Shown one piece after another: positions 16,744-24,357 of a stretch of 35,444 nt of DNA. The first letter of the stretch is position 1. Each line of letters starts with the position of its first letter. The translations under genes and the position numbers were made by a program. The notes beneath the pieces are model-generated. The model ran no database searches, was not told the origin of the DNA, and saw nothing but the letters and a program-made list of their open reading frames with translations. Where the stretch lies: the IMG/VR virus record IMGVR_UViG_3300045988_134116; one strand, given 5' to 3'. Source of the stretch: a virus.

Positions 16744-17157
16744 ATGGAAAAGATAAAGGTAAAGGTGGATTGGAGTGATAAGAATTTTGCAGCGGTGACA
16801 GATGATGCTCGTTTGTGTGGCATGGTGTTAGTAACGGCTTCGACTTATGAAAAGTTAATGAGCGATTTGCGTGATGCTATTGTCGAACATGTTGAAGGCG
16901 TTGTGGCTGATGGTGATGACTTGCCAGAATGGTTGAAGTGTGGTGTGTATGAGTTTGAGGTGGATTTAGGTGCTGCCGCTTTGTTGCGTTGTTGTTTGCA
17001 GTACACAACATTTGCGGCCGTTGCTCATGCTACTGGCATTAATCAAGCTTTGCTGACGCATTATGTAACGGGGCTAAAAGTGCCTCGTGACAAGCAGCGA
17101 GCGCGTATTGTTGAAGGTTTGCACCGTATAGGTGAAGCTTTGTTGTCTTTAAAATAG
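16744..17157 (+). CDS. hicB: HicB-family antitoxin with a C-terminal HTH
   Basis: 137 aa with an N-terminal HicB-like fold region and a C-terminal XRE-like HTH (FAAVAHATGINQALLTHYVTGLKVP). It sits immediately downstream of hicA. Confidence 0.7.
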   Translation: MEKIKVKVDWSDKNFAAVTDDARLCGMVLVTASTYEKLMSDLRDAIVEHVEGVVADGDDLPEWLKCGVYEFEVDLGAAALLRCCLQYTTFAAVAHATGINQALLTHYVTGLKVPRDKQRARIVEGLHRIGEALLSLK

Positions 17158-17188
17158 AAATTAAAGCGTTATGCTTTTTGTTTTGCAT

Positions 17189-17217
17189 GCCTCCCACGTG
17201 AGTGGGGGGCTTTTTTT
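17189..17217 (+). terminator. Rho-independent terminator of hicAB
   Basis: A 9-bp stem GCCTCCCAC/GTGGGGGGC with a GTGA loop, followed by T7. Confidence 0.75.
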
Positions 17218-17258
17218 GTCGGTTTCATCGTATTTTGGGGGGTGGTGTTCGCATATTG

Positions 17259-17299
17259 CAAAGCACCCCACTAACGCAAGCCGTTAGTGGGGTGCTTTG
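17259..17299. terminator. Strong hairpin, probable bidirectional terminator between the convergent hicB and repressor genes
   Basis: A perfect 18-bp stem CAAAGCACCCCACTAACG / CGTTAGTGGGGTGCTTTG with a 5-nt loop. Confidence 0.6.
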
Positions 17300-17321
17300 T
17301 GTGTATTTACATGCGTTATTT

Positions 17322-17346
17322 AACATAACATCGATTCTTTACATTT
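17322..17346. repeat. Left copy of the 25-bp perfect inverted repeat bracketing the repressor gene
   Basis: AACATAACATCGATTCTTTACATTT is the exact reverse complement of 17898-17922. Confidence 0.9.
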
Positions 17347-17353
17347 TGGGGGA

Positions 17354-17770
17354 CTAATGTCCCGCCAAAAGGACCTTTATAAGTCTTTCTTTTCCTTCTA
17401 TAAGTTTCTTTAGATACTCGTTTTCTTTCTGCAAAAAAGCCACGTCGGAGGCAGCATTCGACGTCAAAAAAGACTCGCTTTTATCGATACTTTGGCTATT
17501 CACAAGCATTTCCTGTAGGTTGTTATGGTTTCCACTAACATTTACCGAAGTACTATTGTCCTCAGGTAAAAGCATGTCCCCCTCCCCTGTAAGCAGCCAA
17601 TTACCATCAACTTGTGGGAAACGTTGCTTGATACGTACAAAATCTAAGGTCTCTCGTGCCTTCCATGTGGATACTGTGCTCTGACGCACGTTTAAAAGTC
17701 TGGCAAATAGCGTTTGATTACCATGCGCATATTGCAGCACTAACTGTTCTAATTTTTCTTTATTATTCAT
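17354..17770 (-). CDS. CI-like phage repressor (HTH, Phage_CI_repr-like)
   Basis: 138 aa from the ATG at 17770. It has the HTH GNQTLFARLLNVRQSTVSTWK and the signature NWLLTGEGDML. It is transcribed divergently from the early genes. Confidence 0.7.
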   Translation of the reverse strand: MNNKEKLEQLVLQYAHGNQTLFARLLNVRQSTVSTWKARETLDFVRIKQRFPQVDGNWLLTGEGDMLLPEDNSTSVNVSGNHNNLQEMLVNSQSIDKSESFLTSNAASDVAFLQKENEYLKKLIEGKERLIKVLLAGH

Positions 17771-17854
17771 TTTTATTGGTCTAAATGTCGCAAAATGCCT
17801 AAATAAAGCAAAAACGTTTGGTTTATGTTTGCAATTTATTATATCTTCGCACTC

Positions 17855-17869
17855 GTAAACAATGTTTAC
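17855..17869. promoter_or_regulatory. Candidate operator palindrome GTAAACA-A-TGTTTAC
   Basis: A perfect 7-1-7 palindrome in the divergent intergenic region. Related half-sites (ATGTTTAC, TATGTTTGC) lie nearby at about 17826 and 17918. Confidence 0.4.
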
Positions 17870-17897
17870 CGAACGCAATAAATGTTGTTTAAACTGC

Positions 17898-17922
17898 AAA
17901 TGTAAAGAATCGATGTTATGTT
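17898..17922. repeat. Right copy of the 25-bp perfect inverted repeat bracketing the repressor gene
   Basis: AAATGTAAAGAATCGATGTTATGTT is the exact reverse complement of 17322-17346. Confidence 0.9.
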
Positions 17923-17937
17923 TACAAGCAAAAGGGT

Positions 17938-18174
17938 ATGAAAAAAGGATTAATAAGGCTTCCGAGTGTTACGGCAACGTTGCGCAAAATGGTGATGGGT
18001 GATAGTATCCGATTGGATTTTCAGAGCGTGTCTCCGCAAGGGCTGTATCAGGCGAAGAAGAGATTGAATGCTCAGACTGGCAAAGAAGAGTGGAAGAGTA
18101 GGGTAGTGACTGACGAACGTGGGCGGAAGTTTTACGAAGTGACTCGCAAGGTCGTGAGTGGTGATACAAAATAA
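17938..18174 (+). CDS. Hypothetical early protein (Cro position)
   Basis: 78-aa ORF, the first rightward gene opposite the repressor. No motif recognised. Confidence 0.45.
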   Translation: MKKGLIRLPSVTATLRKMVMGDSIRLDFQSVSPQGLYQAKKRLNAQTGKEEWKSRVVTDERGRKFYEVTRKVVSGDTK

Positions 18175-18186
18175 TACGAAAAAGTT

Positions 18187-18384
18187 ATGACGACAGAAGA
18201 ACCAAGGGTTGTCGACTCGGGCCGCTATGGCATGAGCGACGCGGCAAAGATTTTGGGCGTTGCGCGTTGCACTTTGCGGCGTTGGATATATGCCGGGCGC
18301 GTGAACGTAGGGTTTAGGAATTTGAACGGACGAATGTTTATAACTGGACAGGAATTAAAAAGAATTTGGAGCGAGCAGTGGTGA
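18187..18384 (+). CDS. Excisionase-like / MerR-type helix-turn-helix DNA-binding protein
   Basis: 65 aa. YGMSDAAKILGVARCTLRRWIYAGRV matches the HTH_17/Xis-type motif. Confidence 0.65.
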   Translation: MTTEEPRVVDSGRYGMSDAAKILGVARCTLRRWIYAGRVNVGFRNLNGRMFITGQELKRIWSEQW

Positions 18385-18629
18385 TGCTGCAAGCGCAAGA
18401 GCGAGAGCAAGACTCAAACGACAAAAGAGCCAAGCAGAAGCGCGAACAGTGGTAATGCTGTGAGCGAAGCGTCAGGAGGCGGCCCTTGGGGTGTGTGCAG
18501 CGGCACATGTAGAACGGCTGAGGGCTGAATGCTGCAAGCGGTTGCGGTGTGCTGAATGGCGATGTTGATGAATGGCGAAAGAAACGACAAAATAACAAAA
18601 CAACAAACAAACTAAAAACGGAAAACGAT

Positions 18630-18890
18630 ATGAACATTTTAGATAAAGCGCTGAAGGTGGCGAAGTGTGCGGCCTGTGCAGCCGTTGTGCTGACGGGTTT
18701 TTATTACGCCAGCCGTATGGATTACGAGGACGCGGTGTTGAACGAAATGAAGAACAATGGTACTTACTACGCCATGAGTCAGGAACACCCCGATTGGGAC
18801 GAGCATCACATGGTCGAAGTATACAACCAATGGAAGCTGCAGCGCGAGGAGGAAACGCGCGCGATGCGTAAGCGTTACGATGGTCGTTAG
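18630..18890 (+). CDS. Small membrane-anchored hypothetical protein
   Basis: 86 aa from the ATG at 18630, with the N-terminal hydrophobic segment AKCAACAAVVLTGFYYA. Confidence 0.45.
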   Translation: MNILDKALKVAKCAACAAVVLTGFYYASRMDYEDAVLNEMKNNGTYYAMSQEHPDWDEHHMVEVYNQWKLQREEETRAMRKRYDGR

Positions 18891-18921
18891 TATGTTATAA
18901 CTTTTAAAGGTTGGTAAGAAT

Positions 18922-19299
18922 ATGGATAAAGGAGACGTACATGAATACGTAGAAAGGATAAAGCGCAACAACAAGGATTTGCACCTATTGCTAATCGACT
19001 TTAGGCTTTACATCGTCGGTGTTGAGAAGCGCTGCAAATTCCCTGACTTGGTAAGGGACTACACCTACGAGCAAGCAGGAATGGACTATGCTCTCCATTG
19101 TGTTGCATCTATTTTGGCGGCTTACAAGGAGAGTGGCGACGAGACTGACGCGCTCATCTCCTTGATGACGTATTGCAGCCGCTGGGCGTGCGCTTCGCCT
19201 TATAGTGACGACCGTTATGCCGATACGGAGCGTGCTAAGGGTGAGAACTCTATCAAAATCAAGATAGCGCGCTGGATAAGGGCCAAGGCGGGTGAATGA
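18922..19299 (+). CDS. Hypothetical protein
   Basis: 125-aa ORF in the same orientation as its neighbours. No motif recognised. Confidence 0.45.
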   Translation: MDKGDVHEYVERIKRNNKDLHLLLIDFRLYIVGVEKRCKFPDLVRDYTYEQAGMDYALHCVASILAAYKESGDETDALISLMTYCSRWACASPYSDDRYADTERAKGENSIKIKIARWIRAKAGE

Positions 19300-19435
19300 A
19301 AGGTGTGGAATGGTTTTACTCATATTTTTTATAAAGTTCTAATTGTATGCCCCGTCACGCGCTGACCATGGGCTTCTAATTTCTTCATAGAATGAGTGGG
19401 ACTATTCGGTTCGTGAGGAATAGAATAGTCAATAT

Positions 19436-19525
19436 AACGCGATAGGTGGTTAATCGGATAGACCGCGCTCTCTAATAGGCTGAGGCGCTTAGGCCGTTAG
19501 TCGGGTTCGACTCCCGACCGCGTTG
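19436..19525 (+). ncRNA. tRNA-like element A (class II tRNA-Leu(UAA)-like, degenerate)
   Basis: Perfect T-arm TCGGG-TTCGACT-CCCGA. Acceptor AACGCG(A)/(C)CGCGTT pairs at 6 of 7 positions. The D-arm GGTGGTTAATCGGATAGACC resembles class II tRNAs. The anticodon-like loop TCTAATA sits on a weak stem and lacks U33 and R37. Confidence 0.35.
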
Positions 19526-19601
19526 CATTCGTGTGAATAAGGTAGTTAGATTATTAAGATTGTATTCCATTACGGTTCGTGAGAATAGTAATGGGAAAGA
19601 C

Positions 19602-19744
19602 GAGGAGTATAGGCCGTTAATCGGATAGGCGGCAAAGAGAGGTATCGTCGTCTGCTGCATGAAGTTGGTTTTGGGTTATTGGGCGTGCAGTGGATAAGCT
19701 TCGAAACAATCGCACATTAGTGGGTTCGACTCCCACACTCCTCA
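19602..19744 (+). ncRNA. tRNA-like element B (acceptor, D and T arms present, about 55 nt extra in the body)
   Basis: Perfect T-arm GTGGG-TTCGACT-CCCAC. A perfect 7-bp acceptor pairing GAGGAGT (19602-19608) / ACTCCTC (19737-19743). D-arm GCC-GTTAATCGGATA-GGC. A hand scan found no canonical anticodon arm. Confidence 0.3.
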
Positions 19745-19776
19745 CTCAACCATTTTATTAACGAAAACGGAAAATT

Positions 19777-20226
19777 ATGAACAAAAGATTTTGGGTAGAG
19801 GTACGCGTCAGCTATGACGGCGTGGCCGAAAATGGAAAGGAAACGAACATGAAGGAGACGTGGTTGGTGCGTGCAGCCACTTTCGCTGAGGCTGAGTCGC
19901 GCGCCTATGAAGTGGTAAGTGGTAATCACAGTATCAGCGACGTAGATGTGGAGGCCTGTACGAAGCGCAACATCTCTGCGGTGTGGGTAAGTTCTACCAA
20001 TGACGGCTTAAGGAAGTTTTATAAGGTACGTTGTGAAGGCCTTCTCATCAACGAGGAAACGGGCAAGGAACGTCGCTGTAAGCGTGATTACTTGATCGGA
20101 TCTCCTAACCTGCTTGAGGCTTACGAGACATTTGTCAAGTGTATGAGCGACACTGAGTTTAGCGAGTATGAGGTGTTGGGCATCAACCTTACCCCTATCG
20201 TTGAGATACTGAGCGACCATGAGTAA
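19777..20226 (+). CDS. DUF4494-like protein
   Basis: 149 aa. FWVEVRVSYDGVAENGKE..WLVRAATFAEAESRAYE and the second half-repeat KFYKVRCEGLLINEETGKE match my memory of the Bacteroidota DUF4494 pattern. Confidence 0.55.
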   Translation: MNKRFWVEVRVSYDGVAENGKETNMKETWLVRAATFAEAESRAYEVVSGNHSISDVDVEACTKRNISAVWVSSTNDGLRKFYKVRCEGLLINEETGKERRCKRDYLIGSPNLLEAYETFVKCMSDTEFSEYEVLGINLTPIVEILSDHE

Positions 20227-20517
20227 ATAAGCCGTTTGTACACTATCAACCATTAAAGCACGACGCTGCGGTGTGAGTTGCTCCCCCATTGCTTACATAT
20301 AGTGAGTGAGGTGTGAAGCTTGCAATGCGCAGTCCAAATACGAAAGAGGATGACACAGGAGGGGGAAAGACGCAATGAGTGTTCTTTCTATCCTTGCAAT
20401 GCGAACTCGGGCGATGACACAGGAGGCCGCCTCACCCCAATAAGTGGTGAGGGGGAATGCAACAGAGAGGCCGCAGTGTTGTGCTACTTATTGACTTTAC
20501 ACGAAACCACACGAATT

Positions 20518-21423
20518 ATGAGCCGACAGAAGAAGTCGGGCTTAGATTACTTCCCTTTCGAAGTAGACTTTTTTCAAGACATTAAGATACGCAAGTTAAT
20601 TCGGCGTAACGGTGGTAAGGCGATCGCAGTATATGCTCTCCTGCTATGCTATATTTACAAGAGTGGGTATTTCATGACGTGGGATAAAGAGTTGCCCTTC
20701 ATCATTTCGGAACAAACGGGGTATGGAGAGGTGTATATACAAGAAGTCTTAGAGAGCTGCCTTACGTTAGGGTTGTTAGACAGGCGTATGCTTGACGAGG
20801 AAGGTGTACTGACGAGTAGAGGTATTCAAGAACGATACAAAAAGATATGTGTAGATAGTAGGCGTGCAGCATCGATTGAGCGATACAACCTTATCGACGA
20901 AAATTCGACTGAAACTGTCGAAAGTCCGACGAAAGATGTATCAATCTTCGGTAAAAAAGCCGATAAATGTACAAACTTGTGCAAGAAAGCACCATTTCTG
21001 CGCAAAAGTGTGCAAGAAAGTACACAAAGTAAAGTAAAGGAAAGTAAAGAAAAAGACGATGTAGAAAAAGCGCCACCGTCGCCACCGACGACGGAAGACG
21101 TTGAAGCCTCGTTTACGGGATTGTTAGCATCGTTGAGGGCTGAGGCTTCATGGTGTGAGTTGGTGCGTATGCGTTACCACTTGGGCGGTGATGAGCTACA
21201 CGAGTGGCTTGACGCCTTTGCGCTCGACTGTCGCGTCAACGACAAGGCGCAGCACACCGACCTCACCGACCTCAAACGCCACTTTACTTCGTGGCTTCGC
21301 ATTCAACAACAACAAAATCGCAACTGTCATGGCACGAAAAATAGCAATGCCAGCTCCCTTGCCCGACGCAAAGGAGTTGATGTCGCAGCTACTTCGGCAG
21401 CGGACTACAGCACACGCCTTTAG
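20518..21423 (+). CDS. Replication organiser-like protein (DUF4373 / Lin1244-Lin1753 N-terminal domain)
   Basis: From the ATG at 20518: LDYFPFEVDFFQDIKIRKLIRRNGGKAIAVYALLLCYIY. It is followed by the helicase-loader-like ATPase. The upstream part of the 20320 ORF covers a repeat and hairpin region. Confidence 0.6.
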   Translation: MSRQKKSGLDYFPFEVDFFQDIKIRKLIRRNGGKAIAVYALLLCYIYKSGYFMTWDKELPFIISEQTGYGEVYIQEVLESCLTLGLLDRRMLDEEGVLTSRGIQERYKKICVDSRRAASIERYNLIDENSTETVESPTKDVSIFGKKADKCTNLCKKAPFLRKSVQESTQSKVKESKEKDDVEKAPPSPPTTEDVEASFTGLLASLRAEASWCELVRMRYHLGGDELHEWLDAFALDCRVNDKAQHTDLTDLKRHFTSWLRIQQQQNRNCHGTKNSNASSLARRKGVDVAATSAADYSTRL

Positions 21424-22006
21424 GCTTCCCCTGGCGGTCGAAGACGCTTATTGTCTGCTCTACTCTGCCTACGAGGTGGAGGTGGAGCGCAGAGGGCGCA
21501 CGCTGCAAATGGACGAAGATACGACGCGCATCGTAGGCGAAGTGGCTCACCACCTTACTGGGCCGCAACCCAATGGGCTGCTATTCTGTGGCACAACGGG
21601 CAATGGTAAGACCACCTTGGCGTTGGCCCTGCAGAATGCCGTGGAATGGCTTAGGGCGCGGAGTATGTTGCCAACGGAGTTCATGCAGTACGACCTCGAC
21701 ACGGTACGCTTCGTTGAGGCTCGCCACGTGGCTGCCACCTACAAGACGACGAAAGATCGCCTCATGAGCATTGGGGTGTTGGCCATTGACGATGTAGGCA
21801 CAGAGCCTGCCGAAGTGGTCGACTACGGCAATGTGATAGAACCGATCACCGAGCTACTTGAGGCGCGTTACGCTCGTGGCCTCTTCTCCCTTGTCACTAC
21901 CAACCTAACGGGGCAAGAGCTACGGCAAAGGTATGGCGTGCGATTGGTTGACCGCATGAACGAAATGATGCACGTCGTTGTATTCAAAAACGGAAGTTTC
22001 AGGTAA
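21329..22006 (+). CDS. DnaC/IstB-like AAA+ ATPase (helicase loader-like)
   Basis: Walker A GTTGNGKTT and Walker B VLAIDDVG. The start is uncertain (ATGs at 21329, 21347 and 21380 all overlap the end of the upstream gene). Confidence 0.7.
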   Translation: MARKIAMPAPLPDAKELMSQLLRQRTTAHAFRLPLAVEDAYCLLYSAYEVEVERRGRTLQMDEDTTRIVGEVAHHLTGPQPNGLLFCGTTGNGKTTLALALQNAVEWLRARSMLPTEFMQYDLDTVRFVEARHVAATYKTTKDRLMSIGVLAIDDVGTEPAEVVDYGNVIEPITELLEARYARGLFSLVTTNLTGQELRQRYGVRLVDRMNEMMHVVVFKNGSFR

Positions 22007-22036
22007 AACAAAAAAGGACGAAAAGGATAAAGCACT

Positions 22037-22255
22037 ATGGCACAACTCATCTACGTAGTGGTCTACTGGCGCTGCCGTCGTGAAACGCGGCTCCGCATCT
22101 GTGAGCGGTTTCGAATGCCGAGCGGTTACGTCAACATCAATGGCGAAACGCCCTGCATGATATCGTCTGATGATTACGAACTGCTACGCGAGTGTGAGCG
22201 TAGAGGCTTTATCCTCTTGCGCGATAAGGAGACAAAAAAAACGCAACAATCATAA
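22037..22255 (+). CDS. Hypothetical protein
   Basis: 72-aa ORF, co-oriented and tightly packed with its neighbours. Confidence 0.4.
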   Translation: MAQLIYVVVYWRCRRETRLRICERFRMPSGYVNINGETPCMISSDDYELLRECERRGFILLRDKETKKTQQS

Positions 22256-22282
22256 CGAACATTACAACACGTACCGAATACT

Positions 22283-22834
22283 ATGTACAACCCGAAGTAC
22301 ATTTACACAGAGGAGGGGAGGCGAGCGTACCGCCTTACCCCCGAAGGCGAACAAATGTTTAGGAGTCGCTTCCCCATTACGCCAGCTAAGGACATGGCCC
22401 ACGAGTTGGGGTGTGGAATTGATATGGTGTATAAGTTGGCCAACTCCTATGAAGTGAAGAAAGACCCTACTTACAAGCGCGAGACGTTGCGACACGCTAT
22501 GCTCCACGCTCGCGCCTACTACGTGATAGATAAGAAGGCAAACCCCGAACTCTACAAGGAGCGTTACAAGGAGCGGGGGAGACGCCTCCACCGCCAACGA
22601 CGCATGGACGAACTCCGCATCATGAGTGGCCAAGAGCCGCACCATAACTTCTACTTCGCCCCCGCGCATAGCAAGAAGACGCGGAAGATACGCCAAACGT
22701 TGTCTCTACTTGGTTACATTCCTTACACTCAGAGCCGCTCCATGCTCTGGTACTTCGCGCCCGATACACGGCGCAGTCTATCCACTGAGCGCAGATCTAA
22801 GGAGTATGGCTTTAAATTCTCGTGCTTCCGATGA
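22283..22834 (+). CDS. Hypothetical protein (possible HTH, basic)
   Basis: 183-aa ORF. PAKDMAHELGCGIDMVYKLANSY is HTH-like, and there is a basic KERYKERGRRLHRQRR stretch. Confidence 0.45.
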   Translation: MYNPKYIYTEEGRRAYRLTPEGEQMFRSRFPITPAKDMAHELGCGIDMVYKLANSYEVKKDPTYKRETLRHAMLHARAYYVIDKKANPELYKERYKERGRRLHRQRRMDELRIMSGQEPHHNFYFAPAHSKKTRKIRQTLSLLGYIPYTQSRSMLWYFAPDTRRSLSTERRSKEYGFKFSCFR

Positions 22835-22871
22835 AGCACTTTCACACAACAATCTATAACTCTTACACACT

Positions 22872-23285
22872 ATGAAACAGGAAGAAAAACTCGTACCCCG
22901 TGAACAGATACCAGAGGCCACGCGCATTCTTACCAACGTGGCCTACCTCATGGGCGACGTGACAAGTACGCTTATGCTCAACGCTGAGACGCGTGTTGAG
23001 CGATTAGGCTTCGGCATGAAGCACGGATTGAAGCAGCGCCTAAAGTACGCCCTCGAAGCTACCCACCGTGCGCGCCGCGCATGGGATAGCTTTGCACAGG
23101 AGCTTTACGGCATTGAGTGTGCCGACGATGCTTGCGAGTGTAGCGACTACTATGCCGATATCGTGTTGCTCATAGCCGATCGCACAGGCGACAATGATGA
23201 GTATCGCGACAAGGTGCGACGTGCGCTGCTGCGCATGAAGAGCGACCGCCACATCTACGAACAACTTCAAAGCGTGATAAAATGA
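22872..23285 (+). CDS. Hypothetical protein
   Basis: 137-aa ORF with an ATGA stop/start overlap with the next gene. Confidence 0.5.
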   Translation: MKQEEKLVPREQIPEATRILTNVAYLMGDVTSTLMLNAETRVERLGFGMKHGLKQRLKYALEATHRARRAWDSFAQELYGIECADDACECSDYYADIVLLIADRTGDNDEYRDKVRRALLRMKSDRHIYEQLQSVIK

Positions 23286-23566
23286 CACCGATTGAGAAGA
23301 CGAAGAAGGCCGACATCTTAAACTACCTACGTGAGACACAGACGATGCAATTTAACACACGTGCAAGCATCGTCGAGGTTAGCTTTAGCGGTAGGTGTGA
23401 TGTTATTCGCATTGAGTTAACCCCCTTTATAGGGTGTAAAAGCACTTTCGCCCTATTTCAGGAGAGGCACAAAACTTACAACGACCGAGTAATGGCTGAC
23501 TTTAAAGATAAATGGCTGCACTATGAAGATGAATGGTTGAAGAACTATGGAGAAAACTACATTTAA
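23282..23566 (+). CDS. Hypothetical protein
   Basis: 94-aa ORF, translationally coupled (ATGA overlap at 23282-23285). Confidence 0.5.
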   Translation: MTPIEKTKKADILNYLRETQTMQFNTRASIVEVSFSGRCDVIRIELTPFIGCKSTFALFQERHKTYNDRVMADFKDKWLHYEDEWLKNYGENYI

Positions 23567-23747
23567 TCCATTCTTTGCGCGCTCCGAGGAAGCAGAGGCG
23601 GGCGCGCGCATCATTTGGCTCAGCCGTCGTCCTGACGGGCGGCTGCGCTACCCTAGCTGCGTGCGCGCTCACTTAGACAAGATACTAAGACTCTCGCCCA
23701 ACGCACTAAGCAATGAGGACATTGAACAATTAAAATACTTACAATAA
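23547..23747 (+). CDS. Hypothetical protein
   Basis: 66-aa ORF that overlaps the upstream gene by 20 nt. Confidence 0.35.
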   Translation: MEKTTFNPFFARSEEAEAGARIIWLSRRPDGRLRYPSCVRAHLDKILRLSPNALSNEDIEQLKYLQ

Positions 23748-23760
23748 GATGTAACACACT

Positions 23761-23976
23761 ATGGCTACAAAAGGAACAACATTGCTCGAAATGACTGCAT
23801 TCAGAATTAAAGAGTCCGAGACCACACTCACAAAGGATTATGCAGTACAAGGCCAAGTATTGTTAGGCTGGCTGACCATTAGGAAGTTCTCAGCAAGTAA
23901 GGCTTCCGAAAAGGAACTTTGGTGGGCGAAGGCTTGCGCTCAAAATCTTTTAGACGAATTGAATAAAGAACAATAA
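23761..23976 (+). CDS. Hypothetical protein
   Basis: 71-aa ORF, co-oriented with its neighbours. Confidence 0.4.
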   Translation: MATKGTTLLEMTAFRIKESETTLTKDYAVQGQVLLGWLTIRKFSASKASEKELWWAKACAQNLLDELNKEQ

Positions 23977-23979
23977 ACG

Positions 23980-24306
23980 ATGATACCCATGTTAAAAGAC
24001 GTACTGACATTTCTTTTTTACGCCACGTCCGTATATGTCGTGCTATGGCTCACGTATAAGTTCGGCTTCTATCGAGCCGAAGAGTCAATGGCCGATGAAG
24101 TGGCGCGCCTTCGACAATCGCGTTGGAAAGAAGGCTACACGATTGGTCGTGAACAAGGATACACAAGAGGTCGTGATCGCGGCCACAAGGAAGGCTATCG
24201 TGAAGGTTACGCGAAGGGCCGTGCCGAGGGCTATGACGACGGCCGACGCTATGAAGCTATCACGCATCATAACGAGGAGGAGATTAAACGACAATTGAAG
24301 TTGTAA
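23980..24306 (+). CDS. Membrane-anchored protein with EGY/GR repeats
   Basis: 108 aa. The N-terminal TM is VLTFLFYATSVYVVLWLTYKFGF, followed by the repeats EGYTIGREQGYTRGRDRGHKEGYREGYAKGRAEGYDDGRRYE. Confidence 0.5.
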   Translation: MIPMLKDVLTFLFYATSVYVVLWLTYKFGFYRAEESMADEVARLRQSRWKEGYTIGREQGYTRGRDRGHKEGYREGYAKGRAEGYDDGRRYEAITHHNEEEIKRQLKL

Positions 24307-24357
24307 AGGCACTTGATAATGACACAATTTATTTGTATCTTAGTACTGGTCCAGAGT

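Noticed and set aside
19436-19525. A phage suppressor tRNA with stop-codon recoding. An alternative register of the loop could give CUA, and Bacteroidota phages are known to recode stops.
   Set aside because: That register has no supporting stem. All large late genes (TMP, fibre, TerL, portal, MCP) are intact ORFs under the standard code, so there is no sign of recoding in this genome.
20320-20517. The 66-aa N-terminal extension of the replication-organiser ORF
   Set aside because: The extension covers duplicated DNA motifs and a hairpin, and it is Cys/Arg/Glu-rich with no domain signal. The conserved DUF4373-like sequence begins at the Met encoded at 20518.
24035-24298. Alternative-frame ORFs overlapping 23980..24306 (24035..24298 on the plus strand and 24085..24327 on the minus strand)
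   Set aside because: They are fully nested in the 108-aa gene, which has a clear TM helix, a repeat structure and proper spacing from its neighbours. The nested frames have no start context or motifs.
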